Source of the DNA: Parcubacteria bacterium C7867-005
GTDB lineage: Bacteria; Patescibacteriota; Minisyncoccia; Phycocordibacterales; Zambryskibacteraceae
Length of the DNA stretch: 48,768 nucleotides
Direction of reading: 5' to 3'
NCBI GenBank assembly: GCA_001189165.1
Contig: LFCO01000003.1
Span: 1 to 48,768 of the forward strand
Shown here: positions 35,217-42,962 of the stretch, in pieces
How the letters are laid out: every line of letters begins with the position of its first letter
Numbering within the stretch: the stretch's first letter is position 1
The notes under the pieces: generated by a model
What the model saw: the letters and a program-made list of their open reading frames with translations, nothing else
The model's database searches: none
Told to the model about the DNA's origin: nothing
Translations under genes and position numbers: made by a program

Positions 35217-36367
35217 GATGGTATTTTCAGAGAAGTGCTGACCCAGGTAGATATAAGGCGCCTTAAGTACTCCTCTTTTGAAAAAACATTTGCCTCTATA
35301 AACTGGTTCGTATTAGAAGCAAAAGCCTTCCTTTTTTCTATATCAGCTACCAGGTCATAAACAGCCTTAAACATGTATTCTGGGTCATTTTGAGGGCAAA
35401 TATAAGCATTCAGGCCGTTAGACAGCTCTGTGGCTATACCCACTGGAGTAGTGACTATGGGTAGGCCAGATATGGCCGCTTCCACGAGGGATAGTCCGTA
35501 GCCCTCGAATTCTGAAGTCTGGATAAAGATATCTGCCGTTTTATAATATGAAGTCAGATCCTCTTGCCAGCCAACAAATATAACCGACGAAACAAGTCCT
35601 AGTTTTTTGACCAAAGATTTGAGCTTTGCCTCTTCTGGACCAGAACCCACAATAACCAAACCAGTATCTCCAGCAAATTCTTTGACCCGCCTTAGGACCT
35701 CTATGGATGCGGTGATGTTTTTTTCTGGTGATAATCTGGACACAGAAAGTAGTACAGTCTTGAAACCATACTCCCCGTGTAAATCCAATTTAACTTTGCC
35801 GGCAAGAATTCGGTCCTTGTCTACATAAATAGGCAAAACATTCACAACACCACTACTTTGATATTCCCTGACTACCTCATCTCCGATTTGTCTGCTGACT
35901 ACCCTGATTGATTCAGCGCTTTTTATTACCTTACGAGCAACTCTCTTCCTTATAGAGTTCAGAAAGCCACTGAAATACGGAGAAAAAAGATTAGTATGAA
36001 TCTGCACTTCTAAAGGAATGCGCCATTTGTTTTTTATTTTCAATCCTGCGATCCCACATTCAAACGGATCCTGTGTAGTGATCAACGACTTGCCGCGTAC
36101 AAACTTTTTGTCAAAAATTATTTTTTTTCCTATCCTCTCAGCATCATGCGATCTGAACCATTTGATAAACGAGTTTGTTGGATAAACCCAAATATTTTTT
36201 GAAAGCTCGGTATTCTTTAGATTATGAGAAGAATCAGACAGCAAGACTATGTGGAGTTCGGATACGAGTTCGCCGTATTCCTTCATCCGCTCTGAAACTG
36301 CACTACCGGGGGCAAGAATATTCCTGTCCGTGGAAATCATTAAAACCTTGATTTCTGATCGATCCAT
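35213..36367 (-). CDS. GT4-family glycosyltransferase
   Basis: ORF track, 384 aa. TSEFEGYGLSLVEAAISGLPIV. Confidence 0.8.
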   Translation of the reverse strand: MDRSEIKVLMISTDRNILAPGSAVSERMKEYGELVSELHIVLLSDSSHNLKNTELSKNIWVYPTNSFIKWFRSHDAERIGKKIIFDKKFVRGKSLITTQDPFECGIAGLKIKNKWRIPLEVQIHTNLFSPYFSGFLNSIRKRVARKVIKSAESIRVVSRQIGDEVVREYQSSGVVNVLPIYVDKDRILAGKVKLDLHGEYGFKTVLLSVSRLSPEKNITASIEVLRRVKEFAGDTGLVIVGSGPEEAKLKSLVKKLGLVSSVIFVGWQEDLTSYYKTADIFIQTSEFEGYGLSLVEAAISGLPIVTTPVGIATELSNGLNAYICPQNDPEYMFKAVYDLVADIEKRKAFASNTNQFIEANVFSKEEYLRRLISTWVSTSLKIPS

Positions 36368-36373
36368 TGAGTC

Positions 36374-36379
36374 ATTATA
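36374..36379 (-). promoter_or_regulatory. -10 box TATAAT, 6 nt upstream of ATG 36367 (start of the long minus-strand glycan operon)
   Basis: Minus strand reads TATAAT-gactca-ATG. Confidence 0.55.
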
Positions 36380-36402
36380 GCTTTATAACGAAGCTTAATA
36401 AA

Positions 36403-36411
36403 TGCTATAAT
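36403..36411 (+). promoter_or_regulatory. Extended -10 TGcTATAAT, 7 nt upstream of ATG 36419 (leaderless-type)
   Basis: Plus strand reads TGCTATAAT-cgccacc-ATG. Confidence 0.6.
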
Positions 36412-36418
36412 CGCCACC

Positions 36419-37570
36419 ATGAAGATAGTCATAGCTACTCCGATCTACCCACCAGAGATAGGTGGGCCAGCCACTTATACCAAGGAACTCTGCGAAAGAT
36501 TACACAGTGAACACAGTATTACTGTAGTCGCCTACACAGATGTACAAGAAGCTTTTAGTGGGACAAAGCTGGTCGCAGTAAGTAAGAATAGGCCACTACC
36601 AATTAGATTAATAAAATATTTTATCGCTGTTTGGAAGGTGAGCGAGGGTGCAGATTTGATATATGTACAAAATGCCATGGCAGCTGGGTTGCCCGTGGCG
36701 TTGGTTTCTATCTTTAGAAAGATACCTTTTGTATTAAAATTTGTCGGAGACGAGGCGTGGGAGAGAGCTACCCAACATAAATTAACTGAAAAACGATTAG
36801 AGGAATTCTTATCATCACCTGAAGGTGGGCTAAAAATCAAACTAATGATGATGGTTCAGGGTTTTGTCCTAAGACGAGCAAAGAAAGTAACTACCCCATC
36901 TGTTTATCTCCTAGAGGAGTTGAAAAAAACTTATGGTGTATCCGAAATTCAGGCTGTAGTTAATTACAATGCGGCAGAAGATACAGAGGTTCTGCCCTTC
37001 GACGCACACAAAATCCCTCACCAGATAGCCACAACTGCAAGGCTAGTAGCTTGGAAAGGGATAGACGGTATGATGAGAGCCTTAAAAATAGTTCTAAGAA
37101 ATTTCCCTGACGCCACACTTGTAGTAGCTGGTGATGGTCCAGAAATGAAAAATCTAGAGGCTCTTCGTACAGAGCTTGGTTTAGAAAATTCAGTAACCTT
37201 GCTTGGTAAGATATCCAGAGCAGAAACATGGCAACTAAGAAAGAGATCTGAGGTATACGTATTAAATTCTACGTACGAAGGACTGCCACATACAGTACTC
37301 ACAAGCTTTGCTGCAGAAATACCCACTGTGGCTACAAATATCCCTGGTACAAACGAAGCTGTCTACCATGAAAAAACAGGTCTATTAGTAGAACCGGGGG
37401 ATGCAGAAGCTCTGGCTACAGCTATTGAAAGATATTTTAATAACCCTGAGTTCGGACAGAAAATGGCCAAGCAGGGGTTAACACTACTAAAGGAGAAATT
37501 TTCTTGGGAAGCACATATAAAAAACCTAAACGATATTTTTAAGTCTATTGTCTCTAAGCCAAGTAATTAG
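36419..37570 (+). CDS. GT4-family glycosyltransferase
   Basis: ORF track, 383 aa. NSTYEGLPHTVLTSFAAEIPTV. Confidence 0.8.
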   Translation: MKIVIATPIYPPEIGGPATYTKELCERLHSEHSITVVAYTDVQEAFSGTKLVAVSKNRPLPIRLIKYFIAVWKVSEGADLIYVQNAMAAGLPVALVSIFRKIPFVLKFVGDEAWERATQHKLTEKRLEEFLSSPEGGLKIKLMMMVQGFVLRRAKKVTTPSVYLLEELKKTYGVSEIQAVVNYNAAEDTEVLPFDAHKIPHQIATTARLVAWKGIDGMMRALKIVLRNFPDATLVVAGDGPEMKNLEALRTELGLENSVTLLGKISRAETWQLRKRSEVYVLNSTYEGLPHTVLTSFAAEIPTVATNIPGTNEAVYHEKTGLLVEPGDAEALATAIERYFNNPEFGQKMAKQGLTLLKEKFSWEAHIKNLNDIFKSIVSKPSN

Positions 37571-38494
37571 TTTCTCAATACCCTCTTCTATTGGAGTTGT
37601 GGGCTCCCAGTCCAAAAGTTTTTTGGCTTTAGTTATGTCGGCATAAGTAGTCTCAACACTTGCTTTATTGCTCGGACGACTCTTAACCTTGGCCTGTAGG
37701 CCAGTTACCACCTCAAACACAGTCACTAATTCTTTCAAAGACACAGGTCTGTGGTTACCTAAATTTATGACTTCAAAGCCAAGGGGCTTTTCCATGGCTT
37801 TAATCGTGCCATCGGCAATATCACCTACATACGTATAATCCCTACTACGAGAACCGTCACCAGAAACCTCTATCTCCCCACCATCCAAAATTAGATTACC
37901 CCAAATATATGGCACTAGGTCCGGACGATTGTTTTCTCCATAAGCATTGAAATATCTTAGACACGTTATGTTCATTTTAAAATTATGATGGTATGTGAAA
38001 GCCAATATCTCATCTGCGCGCTTTGACATACCATAAGGAGAAAGGGCACGATCAGCTGGGTCGTTTTCGTTCAGTGGCATATTCGTACTATTTCCGTAAA
38101 CCGAAGATGACGAAGCGATGACTATATTCGCTACACCGTGTTCTTTGGATAACTCCAAGATATTTAGAGTGCCACCAATATTTACATCAATGTAGCTACG
38201 GGGCTCTTCAACTGCTTTTCTTGTATTTGCCCGAGCTGCAAGATGTACAACAAACTGTGGATTCTCTTTTTTAAAAACATCCCCTAATTCTCCGAAGTTA
38301 CAAATATCTGTTCGATATAGAATGAAGTTTGTGTTGCCACTGAGTCTTTTTACATTATCTTCTTTAAGTGCTGGATCATAAAGATCGTCAGTAAAATTAT
38401 CTACACAAACAACTCTATAGTCCTTAGAGAGAAGTTCACGAGAAACCACAGAACCGATAAACCCTGCTCCACCTGTGACTAAGACTGTTTTCAT
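37526..38494 (-). CDS. NAD-dependent nucleotide-sugar epimerase/dehydratase (UDP-glucuronate/UDP-glucose 4-epimerase-like SDR)
   Basis: ORF track, 322 aa. VLVTGGAGFIGS and YGMSKRADE (YxxxK). Confidence 0.85.
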   Translation of the reverse strand: MKTVLVTGGAGFIGSVVSRELLSKDYRVVCVDNFTDDLYDPALKEDNVKRLSGNTNFILYRTDICNFGELGDVFKKENPQFVVHLAARANTRKAVEEPRSYIDVNIGGTLNILELSKEHGVANIVIASSSSVYGNSTNMPLNENDPADRALSPYGMSKRADEILAFTYHHNFKMNITCLRYFNAYGENNRPDLVPYIWGNLILDGGEIEVSGDGSRSRDYTYVGDIADGTIKAMEKPLGFEVINLGNHRPVSLKELVTVFEVVTGLQAKVKSRPSNKASVETTYADITKAKKLLDWEPTTPIEEGIEKLITWLRDNRLKNIV

Positions 38495-38536
38495 ATAATT
38501 GCAGAAAAGATAAGGCTACTATAGGATGAAACGGCA

Positions 38537-39595
38537 ATGAAATCAAACATGAATCTAGAGAAAATAGCCTCAATCATTGCTCCACTGGGCTTTGAATTAG
38601 ACGAAGAACAACCTCACATGAAGGGCGAGCGATTCCTCATGATGAAAAACAAATATGTGCTCTCGGCCACTACAGATAAAGGTAATAAGGTGATCTTAAA
38701 AATTGCTCACCACGAAGATGGTAAGAAAGAAATAATGGATGAAAAACTCAATAGAGATGTGCTGACATCTGTAGTTTTTTCAAATGACCGCTTGATGGTG
38801 CCAGAAGAAATTTATTTCGGTATTAAGGATGGGCATCTTGTCTGGGCCACAGCCTTCATCCCTCAAGAAAAAGTGTTTGTCGCCCATTCAATTGAAGATC
38901 AATTTTTCAAGATATTGAGGGTTTTTGAAGAACAAGAAGCATTCCATGCCACAACCTTTGAACACCTCAAGTCTATCAGCAAAGTCTTTCCTGTATTTCA
39001 TGCCAAAGAATACTTCGAGGAGTTTAAGAAATTTGCAAACTCTGTATCTAAAAACATTAAGGATAGAAACTTGGATGACTTGATGTCCGATGCCTATGAA
39101 CTGTTGGTTTCAAATAAAAAAAATATAGATGAGTTCTCAAACTATTTGACCCATACTGATTTTGTCCCTCATAATTTTCGCATTAGAGGTAATGCGATAT
39201 TCATGCTCGACTTATCCTCTGTCCATTTTGGGAACAAATACGAAGGATGGGCCAGATTTATGAATTATATGGTCATACATAACCCACACTTAAACAAACT
39301 CTTGTCTGAATATGTGTTGAAAAATAGAGGGGTGAAAGAGCAACTTTCTCTGCGTTTAATGCGTATATATAAAATAGGTTTTCTGCTTCAATTTTATGGA
39401 GCCTCTCTGTCCAAAACCGAAGGCGATCTGCAAAAACTTACTATGGAGAGGATTAGCTTCTGGCAAACAATACTTGAACACCTGGTAAATAATGAGGAGG
39501 TGCCTGAATCTTTTGTAGAATCATACAAAGATATCAGGGATAATCTACGCTCCAAGGATGAGAAGGATCGCCAAAAAGAATTTGCTATCGCTTAA
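38537..39595 (+). CDS. Aminoglycoside/choline-kinase-like phosphotransferase family protein
   Basis: ORF track, 352 aa. LTHTDFVPHNFRI (HxDxxxxN catalytic loop), followed by FMLDLSS. Confidence 0.65.
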   Translation: MKSNMNLEKIASIIAPLGFELDEEQPHMKGERFLMMKNKYVLSATTDKGNKVILKIAHHEDGKKEIMDEKLNRDVLTSVVFSNDRLMVPEEIYFGIKDGHLVWATAFIPQEKVFVAHSIEDQFFKILRVFEEQEAFHATTFEHLKSISKVFPVFHAKEYFEEFKKFANSVSKNIKDRNLDDLMSDAYELLVSNKKNIDEFSNYLTHTDFVPHNFRIRGNAIFMLDLSSVHFGNKYEGWARFMNYMVIHNPHLNKLLSEYVLKNRGVKEQLSLRLMRIYKIGFLLQFYGASLSKTEGDLQKLTMERISFWQTILEHLVNNEEVPESFVESYKDIRDNLRSKDEKDRQKEFAIA

Positions 39596-40188
39596 GTTAA
39601 AATCTCAGAGACAACGGAGCTTATTTCAGGACTCTCATCGATTGAACTTTCTGCATTATTATGATCAACATATGCAGTAGCAGCAATTTCGCCTACATAA
39701 TCACGATCGACAATGTCACCATCCTGAGCGCTTTGATATTCAGCAATCTCTAAATATTTATTAAAAATTGCTTCAGCATGCTCTGCTAAAATTGGCTGAC
39801 CATCCACAATACCCCTAAATGCAAACACAACATCACTCATGTGGTCATCATTAATATTGTGCTTAATTATTCGTATTTCGTGACCGTCAATTGAACCCTG
39901 AATTAAATCGCCAAAGATAGTGTCCCCACCATTACCTTGTCCGAATCTTAATTTACAGTTTTTTGGATTTAATTCATTTCTTCTATTTTCAGGATCATAA
40001 TATTTTTCTCTAAGATATGACATTAACATCATCCCTCGTTCTTTGTCAGTTGGGATTTGATCATGATCATTTTTTTGCAAGCCCATCATCTCTTTTGCTT
40101 TACCTGTCTCCATCTTTTCGTGGAACCATGATTCGAATGACATAATTTCAGAATTAATCAGTTTAATAAATCTGTCTAAATAATACAC
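39592..40188 (-). CDS. Hypothetical protein
   Basis: ORF track, 198 aa from a GTG. An internal ATG at 40143 (MSFESWFHEK...) is an alternative start. No motif recognised. Confidence 0.5.
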   Translation of the reverse strand: MYYLDRFIKLINSEIMSFESWFHEKMETGKAKEMMGLQKNDHDQIPTDKERGMMLMSYLREKYYDPENRRNELNPKNCKLRFGQGNGGDTIFGDLIQGSIDGHEIRIIKHNINDDHMSDVVFAFRGIVDGQPILAEHAEAIFNKYLEIAEYQSAQDGDIVDRDYVGEIAATAYVDHNNAESSIDESPEISSVVSEILT

Positions 40189-40213
40189 GATAATCTACCC
40201 CTCCCGCAATAAT

Positions 40214-40996
40214 CTATATCAAGATGGGTTTAAGGGCATTTAGGATTTCCTCTGAGTTGACTGCAATTATCTGCTGCTTTTCCTTAGACAGACCACTTAT
40301 TGGTACACCCCCCTTGCCCAAGATCAGCCCTCCAGCCTCGTACAAGAGCCCCACAGCCGCGGCGATGTCTATGGTGGTAAGGGTGCCGTAAATATTGGCC
40401 TCTACCCTGCCTGAAGCCACATAACACATATCAAGCCCCGAGCTCCCCAGATTGGCGCACTTAACCCCATTTTGGAGGAGGAATTTGTATGAGTCTGCTC
40501 CCCAATTCCAAAGATCTTTATTTCTACCCGCACGGAGTAGCATGTAGGACTCACCAAGACTTTTAATGTTTGATATCTTTATTGGTCGACCGTTCAGAAA
40601 AGATCCCTTGCCCTTTTGAAAACTGTAGAGTTCATCAGTGGCTGGATTATAAAGTGCACCAACTACAGGAACTCCTTTCTCAACATAAGCAACTACAACA
40701 GCGTAGTGTGGAATGTGTCGAGAGAAATTGCTCGTACCATCTATCGGGTCAAGAGACCAAAATGATCCTGAAGAAATATCTTCATCAGTAGCCTCTTCTG
40801 AATATATCGCTTCGCCCGCGAATCCCTCTCGTATTCTAGTACTCAAAAATTCACTAATCTCCAAGTCAGCTTTGGTGACGATGTCTAATGGATTACCATC
40901 CTTAAAAGATTTCTCAATATCTGTATGAACATACTCTTGGAGTTTCCATCCAGCTTCCTTGACTAATCCTAATATGAAGTCGTATCTATTTTTCAT
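40214..40996 (-). CDS. Inositol monophosphatase/SuhB/CysQ-family phosphatase
   Basis: The track ORF starts at TTG 41014. ATG 40996 (MKNRYDFILG) is preferred on promoter spacing. Has WSLDPIDGTSNF and GSSGLDMCYVASG motifs. Confidence 0.85.
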   Translation of the reverse strand: MKNRYDFILGLVKEAGWKLQEYVHTDIEKSFKDGNPLDIVTKADLEISEFLSTRIREGFAGEAIYSEEATDEDISSGSFWSLDPIDGTSNFSRHIPHYAVVVAYVEKGVPVVGALYNPATDELYSFQKGKGSFLNGRPIKISNIKSLGESYMLLRAGRNKDLWNWGADSYKFLLQNGVKCANLGSSGLDMCYVASGRVEANIYGTLTTIDIAAAVGLLYEAGGLILGKGGVPISGLSKEKQQIIAVNSEEILNALKPILI

Positions 40997-41002
40997 AAAA
41001 TC

Positions 41003-41011
41003 AATATAGCA
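41003..41011 (-). promoter_or_regulatory. Extended -10 TGcTATATT, 6 nt upstream of ATG 40996 (leaderless-type)
   Basis: Minus strand reads TGCTATATT-gatttt-ATG. Overlaps the left copy of the 9-bp direct repeat. Confidence 0.55.
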
Positions 41012-41013
41012 CA
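41005..41013. repeat. Left copy of the 9-bp direct repeat TATAGCACA flanking cassette 2
   Basis: An exact 9-mer also occurs at 41777-41785. Confidence 0.55.
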
Positions 41014-41021
41014 AACAAATT

Positions 41022-41047
41022 GGGCCCAGTACCGAAGTACTGGGCCC
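41022..41047 (-). terminator. Perfect 11-bp GC-rich hairpin downstream of the cassette-2 gene
   Basis: GGGCCCAGTAC-cgaa-GTACTGGGCCC, starting 27 nt after the stop and followed on the minus strand by aatttgtttg. Confidence 0.65.
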
Positions 41048-41074
41048 TTACTACAATCTCACAGCTTCACTTGA

Positions 41075-41707
41075 TCACCAGAAGATGTTGTCGGCGATCT
41101 CTGTCCCGCCGCTCGTGATACCCTTCTTCGAGCCACCTTCCGTCGTAGCAACCTCCTCCTCCGTCAAGAGGTGCAAGGTCGCATGAAGGCTCATCTTGAA
41201 GAGAACGAGTTGTGGTGCCTCGATGTCGAAGAAGTGGAAGAGACGCCTGGTGGACATGCCTTCCTTCTCGCGGGCCGAGGTACCTCCGCCCGCCTTCTGC
41301 TCGAGTGTCTTCACGAAGCGGAACGTGATCCCGCTCGCTTCCTCGGCGGTGAGGATGGGGCCGAAGCTGAGGATCTTCTCCCGCACGAACTCCTCCATGA
41401 TCTCCCGCGCCGGATCGATCTCGAAGAAGTCTGGATCACGCCGAGAGAAGATCTCGAAGATCGTCTCGAGGTGCGAGTCGTCGACGACGAACCGAGCATC
41501 CATCCCTTCGAAGTCATGCGCCTCGAAATTGTTCTCGAGGTACTCCTTGCCCAACTGCGTGAGCTCGGCTGCGCCACCGAGAGCTCCGATCCTCTTGTGT
41601 CCCTTACGGAATGAAGCCGAGTTGAGGACACCGAAGAACCGAACTGCGCCAGTCTCCTTGACGATGAGACGAGGGGCAAGGTTGCCGATCGAGATGCGAA
41701 TGAGCAC
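41075..41707 (-). CDS. Orphan 210-aa protein of unknown function, high-GC codon usage
   Basis: ORF track, GTG start with GGAGGG 3 nt upstream. GC3-rich codons (ctc, atc, ttc, gag). It is the only frame with a sensible composition; the overlapping ORFs on both strands look like GC-content artefacts. Confidence 0.7.
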   Translation of the reverse strand: MLIRISIGNLAPRLIVKETGAVRFFGVLNSASFRKGHKRIGALGGAAELTQLGKEYLENNFEAHDFEGMDARFVVDDSHLETIFEIFSRRDPDFFEIDPAREIMEEFVREKILSFGPILTAEEASGITFRFVKTLEQKAGGGTSAREKEGMSTRRLFHFFDIEAPQLVLFKMSLHATLHLLTEEEVATTEGGSKKGITSGGTEIADNIFW

Positions 41708-41774
41708 GTACCCTCCGAGAGGTGGTCTGGAAGACCTTGTAAGTGGTTACTGTGATGTTCAACTGCCTAATCCC

Positions 41775-41783
41775 ATTATAGCA
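41775..41783 (-). promoter_or_regulatory. Extended -10 TGcTATAAT at the upstream junction of cassette 2
   Basis: Minus strand reads cattgTGTGCTATAATggg. It overlaps the right copy of the 9-bp repeat and would give a leader of roughly 60 nt to GTG 41707. Confidence 0.55.
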
Positions 41784-41785
41784 CA
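41777..41785. repeat. Right copy of the 9-bp direct repeat TATAGCACA
   Basis: An exact match to 41005-41013. Confidence 0.55.
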
Positions 41786-41807
41786 CAATGTATATGAAAG
41801 TCAATGG

Positions 41808-42962
41808 CTACAAAAGACCATCAAATACAAGGGTTTTGAGGTAGCGGGCGACGAGGTCCCATTCGTACTTTTCTCTTACTAACCTCCGACCATTTTCTAT
41901 AAGGGAATCCCTGAGCTCTTTATTCTTTATTAATCTTTTTACCTGAATAACAATACTTTCTGGATTCTCTGTTTTAACGAAAAGCCCGGTTGGTTTTTTA
42001 TCTTTATTTTTATCAGGATCGAAAACAAAATCGACGATACCACCAACTGGGGTAGCTATAACCGGCAAGCCCGCTGCCATAGCTTCGATGAACGAATTAC
42101 CAAACCCCTCAGAAAGAGACGGGCGGATAAATATGTCTGATGCATGCAAATATAGAGGCACATCTTCATAAGACATGTGGCCCAAAAACATCACACGAGC
42201 TTCAAGATTTAAATTTTTAGTTAACAGTTTTAGACTATTCTCTAGTGGACCAGTACCGATGATTAACAATTTTATATTCCCGGGCAGATCAACCAAAGAT
42301 TGGATGATGTCCTTCACCCCATTCTTCTTGACCAACCTCGAGGTGGTGATCAGATATATATCTCCCTCTTTTTTATCCATACGTTCTAGCAAGCTCTGGA
42401 GCCTCGATGGATCAGATATCCGAGAGAAAACAGCAGTCTCTACCCCATTAGGAATCACCTCTACCCTGCCCTTATAACCCATTGATACAGCAAAGTTTGC
42501 GAGGAATAAAGAAATAGTCTGTATAACATCAGCCTTCAAAAATATCCTCCTGAAAAGTGGGTACACGAACCTCGCCTTTGATTTAATTTCTTCTAAAGGA
42601 ATCCCCTCCTGAAGAGTAAGCACGTAAGGAACTTTAGGGAAAGAGTATTTGAAGAACAAGCTGGCAAATCCCGCATGCGCTGCCATGATGGACCAAATCA
42701 TGTTGTAAGATTTTTCCAGGTGCAGCTTTTTACCAAAGAGATACGCTTTGATAGGAAACAGTATCTTGGGGGTATCAATCCTGTAGACGGTTACATTGTT
42801 TATCTTTTCTACATCTTTGTGCTCCTTAGAGAACTTTTTTGTCACCATATCAAACTCTATATCAGTCATGCGACTGGTCAGTTCCCTGACTGCAACCTCT
42901 GCTCCGCCAACAATAGGTTCGTATGCGAGTGAAAATATGAGTACTCGTTTCATTTTATTCAT
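41808..42962 (-). CDS. GT4-family glycosyltransferase
   Basis: ORF track, 384 aa. PSLSEGFGNSFIEAMAAGLPVI. Confidence 0.8.
   Translation of the reverse strand: MNKMKRVLIFSLAYEPIVGGAEVAVRELTSRMTDIEFDMVTKKFSKEHKDVEKINNVTVYRIDTPKILFPIKAYLFGKKLHLEKSYNMIWSIMAAHAGFASLFFKYSFPKVPYVLTLQEGIPLEEIKSKARFVYPLFRRIFLKADVIQTISLFLANFAVSMGYKGRVEVIPNGVETAVFSRISDPSRLQSLLERMDKKEGDIYLITTSRLVKKNGVKDIIQSLVDLPGNIKLLIIGTGPLENSLKLLTKNLNLEARVMFLGHMSYEDVPLYLHASDIFIRPSLSEGFGNSFIEAMAAGLPVIATPVGGIVDFVFDPDKNKDKKPTGLFVKTENPESIVIQVKRLIKNKELRDSLIENGRRLVREKYEWDLVARYLKTLVFDGLL

Larger units (their letters stand above)
41014..41776 (-). other. GC-rich foreign cassette 2 (leader + SD + 210-aa gene + terminator)
   Basis: Hand count gives 37 G+C in 41101-41160, against 15 in 40961-41020. 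The composition changes abruptly on both sides. Confidence 0.75.

Noticed and set aside
41075-41707. Nudix-hydrolase assignment for the 210-aa cassette-2 protein
   Set aside because: IGALGGAAELTQLGKEYLENNF and REIMEE loosely recall the Nudix box, but the GX5EX7REUXEEXGU spacing is not met in either place. The function is left as unknown pending a profile search.
41171-41882. Plus-strand ORFs (147 aa and 228 aa) and the minus-strand alternative frame (122 aa) inside cassette 2
   Set aside because: Their composition (Arg/Ser/Ala/Pro-rich) is typical of off-frame translation of a GC3-rich gene. Only the 41075-41707 minus frame has an SD-like site, a balanced composition and a terminator in the right place.
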